Shown here in pieces: positions 1-13,503 of a stretch of DNA of 64,000 bases. The first letter of the stretch is position 1. Every line of letters starts with the position of its first letter. Below the pieces are notes generated by a model. The model ran no database searches. It had not been told where the DNA came from and saw only the letters and a list, made by a program, of their open reading frames with translations. The translations under genes and the position numbers were made by a program. This DNA is from Octopus vulgaris (taxonomy: Eukaryota), in assembly GCA_951406725.2 (NCBI GenBank), contig OX597815.1, positions 123,380,001 through 123,444,000 on the forward strand. The letters are read 5' to 3'.

Positions 1-747
1 TCTAGTCAATGATCAGTATTTAATTGCTCAATTTTTTTTTTTTTTGTAAAATTAATAGGGTATGAATTTATTAAGTATTTACACAAAAGAAATTTCATGT
101 ATGGTTTAGCCTGAGTTTGTATACAGACAGATTGGTTTCAAATTTAATGGTCACTATTCAATTTTTTTTTAGTGTGTTTTATTACATAAGTATAAATAAG
201 TTTTGAAAATTCCTTTTTTAGTTGCTTTAATTGAAATTCAAATCATTCACTATGCAATAGTTGATGTGAATTATTCCATTGTGAGAACAGCAATAAAATA
301 TGTATTACTAATAGCTTGCTTTATATCCTAATTAAAACTGATGAAATAAGGAGTATCAAACCAAATAAACTCAAATGATAAAATGAATCTGCTTTCATTT
401 AGAATGCACTTATTTTTGAACAGTTCATTTGAGGACATGCAAATGTCTAAATTTCACTATGCAGTAGTAAAAAGTGAATTTGTTATAATAAATCATAACA
501 TGTACACTTAGATAAATACAAAAATGAAAGGGAAAATTTCAAATCAAGTTAACTAAATGAAAGAGACATTCAAGTGAGAAGAAAAATTAAAACTCAAAGT
601 ATTGAGGGTAATATATTTGTTTAAACAGGCGCCATTTATAACATGGGACAGACATTTTATTTAACAACAGTACAAAATGAAAGAATAATCCAGGACATTC
701 ACTAATAATGAGTTTTTTATGTAAGTTTTTTTTTTTATCAGTAAGAA

Positions 748-1259
748 TATGGTGTTGGTGGAGAGGATTGCAGATGAGGTAAACAGAAGTGAAGACTGCA
801 GGGGCCAGTGGAAGAGCCATGGGGGACATGCGCAGGCAGGAAGCACATGGAGGCAGTTCAAGGAGAGAGTGGATTGTGGAACGATGTTTTTTTTTTTCAT
901 GATAAGGACAGTGATCGCTCATCCCGCCTCGGTCAACAGGTAAGGCCTCTGTATTTCTTTGCTTCTTTTGTTATGGGCTGAAATAGCTTGTTGTGTAATA
1001 CAGGGAAAAGACAACACAAAAAGAAGCAAAAGGGAAAAAGAAATACAGAGACCTTACCTGTTGACCAAGGCAGGATGAGCGATCACTGTCCTTATTGTGA
1101 AGAAAAACACGTTCCACACTCCCCTCTCTCCTTGAACTGTCACCCTGGTGCTTCCTGCCCACGTGGCTCTTCTGCTGGCCCCTGCAGTCTTCACTTCCAT
1201 TTACCTTATCTGCAATCCTCTCCAACATGACATAGCTCATCACAGCCCCTAACACCACA
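748..1259. mobile_element. Foldback MITE with ~220-bp inverted arms (Ginger-like termini)
   Basis: About 750-970 is the reverse complement of about 1015-1259. Termini tatggtgtt...aacaccaca, flanked by direct repeat AAGAA (743-747, 1260-1264). Confidence 0.75.
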
Positions 1260-1896
1260 AAGAAATAGAATCCTATTCTCCCACAGAACTGTAACTCTTT
1301 CCCAACTATGTTTTCTATTATGATATCAATCTGCAGAAATTCAAAATGAACATTAACTAAACTGAGTTCCCATTCCATTGCTTAACCCAAGATGGTCTGC
1401 AAATGATAGATGCAAGTCTCTTTCTATGGGTTAAAATGTAAATAGAATCAAATCTGATGAAGTAGAAAGTTACACATCATGAAAACATATACTGGAAGAT
1501 GACAAAATCTAAACAGCAAGCACCTCAATACTAAATTCTAAAAAGTACACTATATATAAAAATAGCAATTAGATTAATATTGTCTGTTTAAGAACAAAAT
1601 TGAATGTACAACAGTATTCAAATGAATTAAACTGCCCTTAGCCATGAAAGGAAGAATTTTCAGCAGAAATTTCACATTTTCTGAAGATACGCTTTGGTAA
1701 AAGTTTTAGTTCAATTTTTCTTTTCCAAAAGTAAGACTTCTCTGATAGCTAGGAGGAAGTGGGAGAGAGGAAGCTATGCATATAGAGTAGTTGGTTATTA
1801 AATCCACTTATCAAAAGATTCCAACATTTAATGAAGATGAGAATCACAGTTCAGCTTTCATGACAAAGTTAAAAATAAGCAAAATTATCGCACTAC

Positions 1897-2017
1897 CTTT
1901 GTTAAATTCTTCAGACACAATGCATCATTGCAAGCTGAACCTCTTAAGATGCGTTTTCTTTCACTGGCAACATCTACATCTTCATCTTGTGGTAGTTTGT
2001 TGGCAACATCTGAGGGT
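1897..2017 (-). CDS. ABCA2: ABCA2-like exon 36 (start of NBD2)
   Basis: [40 protein letters not shown]; 121 nt. Confidence 0.94.
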
Positions 2018-5000
2018 CTTAAAAGATTAATTACATAGGAAACAGATGAAAAAATCATTTCATTAATCTGTGTGAAAATAATATTTATTATAAATATACA
2101 TCTTGGATTTTCTGCTCAGTAAAGAGTCATATCTGTAATTTTTTGAGTGAAATTAATATAAAAAATTAATATCTGAAGTAGTTCAATAGATTTAGTATAT
2201 AGTTTGTACTTCATTTCAATAACCACAGCTATACAGGGAACCAACATACTGTGACACAATTGAGTATAACAGTAATCACAACTATGAAAATTTGCTGCTG
2301 AGACTGTATAACAATATCTACAGGAATATTTATGACAAACTTTACTAATATGTCTTGATGCTACATCTACTGGAATTATTACCATGGATTACAGGATTCA
2401 TCTAGTAGTGCTGTGTAGCAACAGCATCTCAGGCATCAAAACTATAGTCGTTTGCTTTGTATACAAAATAGTAGCAATTAAGTACAAGTAATCTATAACA
2501 TGCAGAGTACTCCAAGGCTTACTACAGTGCCCTGACTTATTTAACATACATTTGTTCTCTCACAATTTACCATGGGCAGTTTAGGTTTCAACATATATCA
2601 TGATGAAGATGGCCAACAAACCTTCAAGTCTATTGTCTCTCCAAAAGACACTTAAAATTACCATTAAAAAAGACAAAAACAAAACTACAATACATGAATA
2701 ATTACTCAAACTACACACAGCAGTCAGTTCATTGAAACCATTTACCTCAATACAAAAATACAACTATCTCAAGATAAAAAATTAAAAAGAGAGTCTATGT
2801 ATTTGTGTAATATAGCATCATTACACAATAATAATAATATACTGGTACACAATCCTTTACTTGGGGACAGTTGTGTTCTGAATTTTAGGTTTTTTTTTCA
2901 GATTTCAGAACAAAAGCCAGCTGCTCCAGATTGTAAACTAGACATCAAAATAGATGTCCCACTACAGTAGCAAAAGTACATGTGTAAATACTCACAATTG
3001 GTGGGAAAAATAAAGATTACAAATAACATTATAGTTTATTTATAGGGTAATATACTGGTAAATGAAATAGTGGGATAATTAAGATAACAAATAACAAAAT
3101 ACGTATAGTGGGATAATTTAAAACAAAAAGACATGATCCACAACATTGGCTCAACAGTTGTCTGACATTCTAGAAATAGCAGCCTAATCTCTCTTAAATA
3201 GCATTGTACCATCTTAAAAATGAAAGGATTTAAATTACCAGAACCTAATAAAGATCTCCACAAAAGTATTGTCATTACTGCAGTGATTTTGAGTATTTTG
3301 TAGATACTGACAGATTTTTTTTGAGCAGTTATTCTGGAGGAAGGATGATACATTTAACACATTTTGAAGCTTCTGAGATTGGTGAGAAGAGAGGAAGATA
3401 TCCTTAAACTGGAGACTAATCTCAAATACTTGCAACAGAATGAACTCTGATGAAGGTACCCAAGGACAAGTTATCTTGTTAAACTGGGTGAGGAGATAAA
3501 TTTACAACCCAAGTAGGTCACATCAGAATAATAGTAAAATAATATGATAGTTTTAAAAGTAACATTATGAATACCCTGATTCTATGACACCAATTTCCTG
3601 TTTTAAAATGATCTAAAAATCTTCTATTAAAATTTTGTGCTAATTTACATTCTAAACACCAACTTAATGACAAAGTTCCATTACTAATTTCTTATTTTCA
3701 GAATTAATTGAACAAAGGGAGAATATTTTAACTGAAATATAACAAAAAAGTTAAATAGTAAGTCAATGAGCATAGGCTGTCATCTTGAAATCTTGTGCTT
3801 GCTGAGGCAGCAGTTCTATAAATGAGTTATGTGCCAGCTGATAATGCTATCTCCCCAGATACCATTAAAGAGTTTGGCTCTTATTGCACCAGGTGTTGGA
3901 CATCCAATGGAAAAAATTTTCCATTTGTACTCCAGCAGTGGCACTCTACAAGGGAAGATGCAGTTGAAAGAAGCACTACTACTTTCTAGTCAGAAGTTTG
4001 GTTCAAATGTAAGCAACCTAATGACTAAGACATCAAACATTATGGATTATGGTGTTAAAATGAATGGTGTGCTTGACTCACTGACCAATATGTTATAATT
4101 TTCTTACAAACATGGTTTCATAAAAGCTCAGCTCAAACATTTTTACCAAAAATATATCAAATAAAATGAGTTACTTGAGATGAAAATGTAATATCTCAGG
4201 AATAAAATTTAAAAGGTTACTATGAACAATGACTTACTTATAATAAAATATAGCCAAATAGTTAAAATATATATAAATTACCTTGATTTTATGAAAAACC
4301 GATACTCGCATAAAAGAGTTATAATGAAGAAGAACAAGCCTGTTCCTGCCATAGCTGTTAGGTTTTTTGTTGTTAAGTCCCATTCAAATGGTGACCTCAT
4401 ATAATGATATTGTCCTGAAAATACACAATATGCACATCACAGTTACCATTATTATTGCCATAGCTATGCTAGCATGGGTTGAATAGGTTTGATATACAGC
4501 ATTCTTTAATGCAATTTTATATCTTCCCATACACAGTTTTTGTATAAACTACATTTTGTGAACAAATATATTAATAGTTACAAGTTTCCAATAAATCAAT
4601 TACTGCTTTTCAAGATGTTTAAGAAGCTAACTTCACAGTCACAAGGTGCAATGAAATTGCAAGTGTCCTGGGTAAATATCTTGGATTGACCTGAGACACT
4701 TATCCAAGCTACATTCTTTCTGTTGTGTTCTAATCTTCTTATGGTCCATATAGGAAAACTGCACAACAACCTCCATTTTTCAAGTGATTGTTTTTCTATT
4801 CCCGTGGAAAGGTTATAATTTTTCTGTGCATGTAAAACCAAGTTTCTTACAAATATTCCCATCAATTATTTACATTCTTCTTCCTATTATTAACAGCAAG
4901 CTGGCAGAACCATTAGCATGCTAGACAAAATGCTTAGTAGCATTTCATCTGTCTCTACATTCTGAGTTTAAATTCTGCCAAAGTTGACTTTGCTTTTCAT

Positions 5001-8000
5001 CCTATTGGGGGTCAAGTATTTGGGTTAATGTTAACTTACCACTCCCTCAAAAACTGCTGGCTCTGTACCAAGATTTGAAATCATCATCATTATTATTAAG
5101 GTGATGATTTGGCAGGATTGTTAGCATGCCGAGTGAAATGCTTAGTGATATTTCGTCTGTCGCTATGTTCTGAGTTCAAGTTCCGCCGAGGTTGACTTTG
5201 CCTTTCATCCTTTTGGAGTTGATAAATTAAGTACCAGTCAATGTGATTAATTGTACCCCTCCCCACAAAAATCTAGGCCTTGTACCAATAGTAGAAAGGA
5301 TTATTATTAAGATGGTAGAGTAGCAGAAATAGTAGGATATTGAACTAAAAACTTATATACAATTTTGTTATTGCATACTAATTTCAAATCTTGTTTGTGT
5401 TGACTTAGCTGTACAGCCGTCTGTGATAAACAAAGTAAGTATAAGGCATGCACAGAAGGCAATTCAATTTTTCCCTACATATTTGCTGTCTTGTACCTAT
5501 TTCATAATTATTTCTCTTGGTGTTGATGATGGTAAAAGGCCACATGTTTTTGAGAAGGCATAGCTGTTTAGCTTGAATTTAGAATATCAATGGTTCATAT
5601 TTCACCTTAGAATCTGAACACAACATAACGTTTGGTTCAGTACCACCATTTCTTCCTCATTGAACCTATTAAAGATGTTAAAATATAATTTTTAATCATG
5701 TTCTTGTTTTTATAAAGAATTAAAAATTTACCTGTTTTGAAGTAAAACATGTTTTTGTACTGATTGAATGCAATATCCATCAATCCTCTGCCAAGACAAT
5801 AATTAGGAAAGAGTAGGAATATATTCTTTAGAAGTAAGTGTATACGTTTCAGGTCCTGGAAAAAAAAAATGAAAATAATGCCATATAAAGGTAATAATAT
5901 TGAAATAACTTTTTATGAACTGTTGGAATGTTTTCTTTTAATATGTAACGCCAAACCTTATTTTGATGCCTATTATTATCTTTTCACTATATTTTCAATT
6001 CTTTTTTTAAAAACGTTTTTATCTATATTCCTATACTTCATTATAATAATACTGTGTTTATATATTCATATATTTAGATGTCCATATATATATTTAATAT
6101 TCATATATTTTCATATTTTTAATATATTAATATGTTTTATTTTGGGTAATTTTTATCATAATCAAAACCATACACATGTGTTCATTGTAGTTTGCCTCAC
6201 TTGAACTTTCTCCATTTCATTTATTATACCTAACATCTCAGATTCGACTTGAACACTTCTATGCGGTCTATGTGTTTCGTAGGAAAAATATAGCTATGTA
6301 TGTATGTGTGTATGTATGTATATATATATATATATATATAGATATATATATATAGATATATATATATAGATATATATATATATAGATATATATATATAGA
6401 TATATATATATATATATACATACACATACATACATAAATGAGAACTTAAATTTAAAGATGAACAACAATGTTACAAATGAAAAAGAAATTCTTTAAAAAA
6501 TGATAAAATTGCAAACCTTGTCATAAGAGAATATTTCTAGAAGAAAACTGCAAACAATACAGGTAATGCCTACAAATAAGTTGATGACAATGAGGCAGAT
6601 ATAAGCTGTACTTGGTTCCCGAAACCAAAAGGATGCTGGATACATGACTGGAGTAATCGACCAGCTATAAAAGAAATAATTTGAAGCAAAATTTGACCAT
6701 ATGAAGCTAATTACATGTTTATGTGTGTATCTTAGCTTTAGAATAGATATGCCATGTTCCTGCATGTTATAAGGAGTAACAAAAATGATTGATGACATGA
6801 AGAGCTCAGGCTATAAAAGACTACCTCATAAAACCCACCAAACTCATACCAGCATGGAAAAAAGGAACATAAAATGAAGGTGATAATAAAACAAAATAGT
6901 TTAACACTCTTGAACAAACATATGTTTATTGAAACTATAACATATGTTACTATATTCTAAATGACATTCAGAGAAAGGCTTTAAGAATTTGAATAAAGAA
7001 TCTCTGAAGCTGAAAATTATTATTATTACAAGGCTGGCCCTTGTGAATTACAAGTACAACTCACTGCTGGTTTTCAAACTCACGATCATGAGCTGAATGC
7101 CCTAACATTTAAGCCACGTGCCAACAGATATCAGCTGACAATTGCATAATCTCCTATTGTTACACAAACACACACACTCAAACAAAGCCACGTATTGACA
7201 TGTACGCATACACACATGCATACATATATAAACACACACACACACAGATGTCAGCAGACAATTATAGTCTTATATTGTTACACAAACGTACACAGATAAC
7301 TTACACAGACATTCCAAACACAGTCTGTATGTTAAATATACAGATACCAGCATACACATTCAGTTATTGTTTCACACATACACACACAAATACACACAGA
7401 GTCTCATACAATTATGCCTGCACACACATAAACAGTCTCATACAGGTACTTGCATATGTGTGTGTACACACACAGTGTGCAGTAAGTGCACACACAGACT
7501 CTCATACAGTTACATGCACACACAAACACGCAGTCTCATAGCTGCATGCACATGTACAGTCTCATAGTTACATGCACACACACACAAACTGTCTCATACA
7601 GGTGTGTGCACACATACAATCTCATAGTTACCTGCATACAGTTTCATAGTTATATGCACACACGCACACCAGAGTCTCATACAGTTATGCATACACACAC
7701 AGATACAAGTAGACAATCAGCATCATATTTTTCATTTATTTATCATTTATTGGAATGCTAAAATCTTTGTAAGGCTAGTCGAAAGAGGAGGGTATAGTGA
7801 CTATAGGAGACTGACATGTCAGTCTTACCAAACTGATTTTATTAATATAGACCAACATATAATGTCTAGCACTGTCTTAAGACATGAGCACACAAGACAA
7901 TTTCCCCAGGGCCTCATGGATATAGGGGACCCAATTCTAATCTATGATATGACTTGCTGTCAAATACTACAGGGCCCAGTACACCGATTTACCTGGAGGC

Positions 8001-11000
8001 TATAAACGCTACTATGATGACCCTCACTATGGTGTCTATTTTTTGGTATAGGATAAATATTTAAAACAAAATATAACCAATTTCCCTTTTTCTTGGAGTG
8101 ACTATTGTAACCAAATGAATAATTAACATAGTCCAAATCCTGTCAAATGTCATGATTACAATATTCAACATATCTATGATACTCCAAAATACTACTCAAC
8201 TAGCTGTGTTATAGCGTATTCTTTGAATGGCTTCAGAGAAAACAAAATGATTAACTTCATAACTTTCTCATTTGCTAATTCTAATTAATCTCTAACTCTA
8301 ATAATTCAATTCTAGAAATTAAAGAAATGTGCCATATCTGTGTAGATATGCTCAAAATTGAAAAACTTGTTATAAGTATCTGCCTTGTATAAAGATATCT
8401 GTTGGTTGTGTCATTTCATGGCACACACAGCATCCAACAGACGTGTATACTGAGTATATCTTTCATGTCTTCAGACTGGTTAAAAAGAAATTTGTACCTG
8501 CTTGTATTAGTATCAATCTAATTGACTATATATGTTTGCCTCTACCCCTGTGATGAAATAAAAAATTTAACGATAGAAAAATTAAGCCAATACCTACCCA
8601 TACAGTAAGAAAAGGGAAACAACTGCTGGCAGATTCGTTGGCGACACATACGAAGGAATATCAAAAATTAGAAGGATTCCAATACAGCAAAATGCAGGGA
8701 TCACATAATTACACTGAAAATAAATGTTTTAGTTTTTGTTTTAAACATTGTATTTTCAGACATTTTATATTGGTACATAAAATGCTGTAATACTCTAATA
8801 GAATTATTATCACTTTGGTTAAAGTAATACAATATAAATTTACAAGATTAATCCATATTTTTAACTCATTTTGCTTTATTTCTGTTTTTGCTTCAATTAA
8901 TTTTCAAAATAATGAAGAATTTAGTGACATAACTTTGCTGATAATTAAACTAATGTTTTGAACACAACATGAAATTTTGATGGAAGGTTTTAAATTTAAA
9001 TCAGTTCAAAAATTTCTAAAGGCAGGTTGAAATTTTTTATAGTTTCTTTTCACACAATTACTACATTAAAATGAAAAATGGATGTAAATTAACATACCAT
9101 ATCCCATACATAATTTGCTAGCCAGTAGATAAAAGGATCCATGCCACTGACAAATTGCAAGTGCTTTGCTTTGATAGAACGTTCATAGACCAAGAATAAT
9201 ACAAAGCTTGCTGGGACAAATGACATAGCAACAATGATGAAAATTGCAATCAGCACATCAGATCCTTGTAGGCTGTTCCAAAAGAAATGCATAAAATTAG
9301 AATTTCAAAACAATAATTATGATCTGTGATAAATTATTAGAACATTATCAAGAAACAATTTTATATTTGAGAAATGAGTAGTAAATTACAACTGGTTATG
9401 TAATTTAACATCATTAAATCTGATTCAATTTATTGATAGAGAAATAAAGAGAGATAATGCTCGACTTGAATAATAAAGCCTAAGTTCATCACTGACACAC
9501 TAGTTAAAAAAATAGCTAATCACTCAGTCCAAACACAAACAAAAATGCTTACATGTAATCCATAGATAATTTGTTGTTAGTATGATTCATGGGGTGGTTG
9601 GTCACAGTGATTCCTACAAAAAGAAAGATTATCATGTTTATCTTATGTAACTTTCTTATTGCTTCTATAATTTTTCAAATTTAGTTCCATTAACAAACCA
9701 AAGTTTACTGAAGAAATATAATGAAAAATATCAATGAAAAAAAACTGCAAAAAAGTGATGAAATACAAAACTATTTTTAGGCCTTTTTAAAAACGTTAAA
9801 ACTAAGTTTGATAAATGAAGTAACTATAAAATAAATTGAAATCTAAATAATCAAAATATAAACCCTTAAATAGCTTTTTTTTTTTAGTGTAAAGAGAGAT
9901 AATGAATGTTTTAATGAGTCATTAGTAATAAAGAAGAATAAAAACAGGCTGCAAATCACTGATAGTTTTTTTTTTTCCAGTACAATGATAGTTGAGTCTT
10001 GAATGTAGAAAGTAAATTATGAAAATATTACTCAGCTTGGTTTTTAGGAGTATTTGTTACATTAAACTAATATATTCTGAACTTTCAAATGCAGACATAT
10101 ACAGTGAAAGATTTTCATTCAAAATGCTTTAGCAACAAATATTTTTTTAAAAATATATTTGTTTAATGTCTATAATTGTACACTGGTTAGGCTTGAATGG
10201 GAATTGAATTTGAGGCATGATTTTATGGCTGGATGCTCTTCCTGTTGACAAACCTCACCTGTTTTTTGGGATAAGAGATTTTTATATTCCACAGGTTTTT
10301 GAAAGAGCAGAAATATCAGCCATAATGTGTACAATGAACATCAGCATCAGTTCACTCAGTCACAAACGAAAAATAACATTCACATAATCTCATTCATTCA
10401 CAAACTCAATCATTTTTATGTTCATTTTTCCATGCTCACACGACTCAGGTGAAATTTGTTGAAGCAGATACTCTATGGCTGGATGTTCTTTGCTTCACCC
10501 AACCTTCACCTTTTTCTAAGTACAGAAACAAAGTCCTTCAAACATGAACAATGCAATGACCAGATATTTTCACAGATGACTGCAAATGAATGGTGTCATG
10601 ATAGCAAATGGATGCTTGCATGACAGTGACATTTGTTGACAGCTATCATACAATGTTGAGACAGGACACACAAACACAATCAAACACATACCAGGCTTCT
10701 TTCAGTTTTTATCAATGAAATCCATTCACAAGGCTTTGTGTGTGTGTATGAATGTATGCATATAATATCATTTTGTCTGCTTTCTATGGTTGGACATTTT
10801 GATAGGATCTCATGGGTCAAAGGGCCACATCTTGCTCCAGTATCACAGTTTTGGTATGATTTCTACAGCTGGATGGAAGGGGATGGAGGCTGTTAAGGGT
10901 AAGAACAAGGAATAGGTGACAACAGGATGTAGTAGGGGTCAGAGGTTGTAAGTTGCAGTGGGTGGAATGAAAAATGAATACAAACAAAAGTTACAGGGTG

Positions 11001-13450
11001 GGATCGTCTAGGTAAGAATGACATATGAATGTTAATAGGAAGTGGTTTGGAAAAGGGATCCAGGTGTCTGTGTGGAAAAAAGGGGGCTCAGTTGTGTGCA
11101 TAATGTGTATATACATTAAGTTACGAGAGCCTCAATTATAGCATACTAGCATGCGTACATACACACACAATAAGCTTAATACACTTTCCATCTTCCAAAT
11201 TAGTTCATAAAACATTGGTTGACCTAAGGCAGTTGAAGACATTTGTCCAAGGTGCTACATAGTAGGACTGAACCCTCATGGTTACACGGCTAACTTCTTA
11301 ATGACACAGCCTTGCCTGAACTTAACAGTTGATATCTGTTCAAATGTTAGCATGATACAGCAAGAAGTAAGCATACAGGTGCATTTACAAGCAAATTTCA
11401 AAAACTGGTTGCAACTATTTCATTTCTCTAACATCTTTATTGACATGTTATATCTCTCTTGTTTCATGTCTTTTGGAAGAATATTTTACAAATGTCAAAG
11501 ACAGAAATCAATTTTTAAATCTAAAAAAAATTGAAATCAAGAGAGTGAGTAAACATCAAAAGTTATTTCAAATTAATTTGATACTTTGAAAAAATTGTTT
11601 ATGCACTTAATTCTTTTGTTGTGGATATGGTTGCAGAAATCTAGAATTTAATTTAATTTTTCCATAAAGAGTATATAATAAAATACTGTCACTTTTATAT
11701 TTATTAAAAAATTTTTACATTAGACAATTGCTAAAAATATTTTAACTTACCATATGCAGCTGGGTTACCCTTCTCTTTGGGTAAATTAGCTCTCAAAATA
11801 GCATTATTAAGTGTATTTAAGTACACAGGTGTTGAATGGAAACCTTTAGGATTAAAGAACACCTGGAACAAATAATTACAAAAGATTAAAATATGAGACC
11901 CTTTTCATTTGAATTTCAATAATGAAACAGAATAAAATATAGAAATACCTTTGCTACATTTCTTACTGCAAGGCGTCTAAATAGTGCAGGTGCAGAATTT
12001 CCAAAGTCTTTTGGTACCATTGAACGGACCAGTCCAAATGACATACCACCATAGCTAAAAGGGATTAAGAATGTAATATATAGCAGGACATCAGGTAAAT
12101 GTGTTGGGATACTTAGGAAGATTTTGAAAAATTACCCACAGCAATCTAAGATAAATACATATTTCATTTCCCAAAACTATGTTTCTATATTCATCATTAT
12201 ATAATTCATTTTTCTTAATACATATTTTCAAATTTGTCTCATTATAAAATTTTAAACTAACCATCTATGTATTGAGTATATACACCATTGACAAGCTAGC
12301 TACTGTGGTAGAGAACATGTTTTATGAACATGTGTTAAAAACACAAATATTGGAGGAAGGAAACAAGAATTCATCCCCTCCCCTGATATTGTTTTTAACA
12401 AAACACGTTCATAAGAGATGCTACCTCAGGACAAACACAGTAGTAACTGGCCTATCAGTGGTGTATATACATTAAGTATGATACATAGATGGCTATTTCA
12501 ATTTAATACTGCCTTGGTTGCATATACTGGAAAATTTTTAACTATTTTAAGATCCATTAATTGATGCTTTTAAAGACTTAGATACATTATTCTATGAAAT
12601 TTAATATTCATTGTATGACCAACTCCATCTTTTTAGGTATTCCACAATCAACTTTGATTATGTAAAAGTGACATGAGCTACAATGACCAATATTGAATTA
12701 CATCTATTTGACCAGACATCTTCTGCATGCCATATATAATTTGCCTTTTGTTTAGCAAACAAAACCTTTCATTACCAACAAAATTAGTAACTTCATTTAA
12801 CCTATTTTAAACTCTATCCACTACACTAAAACTAGTTCTCTTTCAAGAATGGTACATATTACATCCAATAAACTTTCTAAGCAACCCATACTATAATCTC
12901 TTATTATAAAAGGCAGATTTTATCTGCCTCCCTTTGTAACTTATAGAAATCTACAATATAGGATTTCTTCAATTACAATTTACCTAGCATTTTTAAGAGT
13001 AGAATGCATCGGGTCATGCCAGGTCCAGTTTTTAAAATTTAAACTCCAATTAAGCAAAATTTACAGAAAACTCACATTCTGGTGTGTATGTCAAATGCTT
13101 TTCTTAATGTGGTTTACACCACACGCACACACACACACACACACACAGTGTGCAACGAATAAAATGAAAGTAAATAGCGACAGAGTGATTTGAGGAAGAC
13201 TAAACTGAAAGTATTTAAACCACTACTCAAAAAATAAAAAAACACAGCAAACAGAAACAAATAAATACATAACGATTTACTCCTCACACAATTTCTTCAA
13301 TTAGAGTTTACCTAAGATTTTTCAAAGTACTCCATTCGCTCATGCCATAATATATTTCTTTCAATTTCACCCCCCAATTAAGACAAAATTCGAGAAAACT
13401 CAATATTTTAACATTTCACTCCGAAAGCATTGATGTACATGTGTGCGTGC

Positions 13451-13503
<53 letters not shown>

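Noticed and set aside
587-1378. Paired similar Cys/His-rich ORFs on opposite strands
   Set aside because: Explained by the two arms of the inverted repeat; frames are not conserved between arms.
3445-3480. CTGATGA hammerhead or snoRNA-like motif
   Set aside because: No stem II/GAAA follows, and the motif is not conserved in the two related repeat copies.
3829-4098. 89-aa plus-strand ORF as a nested gene
   Set aside because: No recognisable domain or splice structure; likely chance or decayed TE.
6225-6295. Second hammerhead candidate (minus-strand CGAAAC)
   Set aside because: No CUGANGA core or supporting stems upstream; truncated by the microsatellite.
7868-8026. Possible degenerate hAT MITE
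   Set aside because: Termini too decayed and no convincing TSD.
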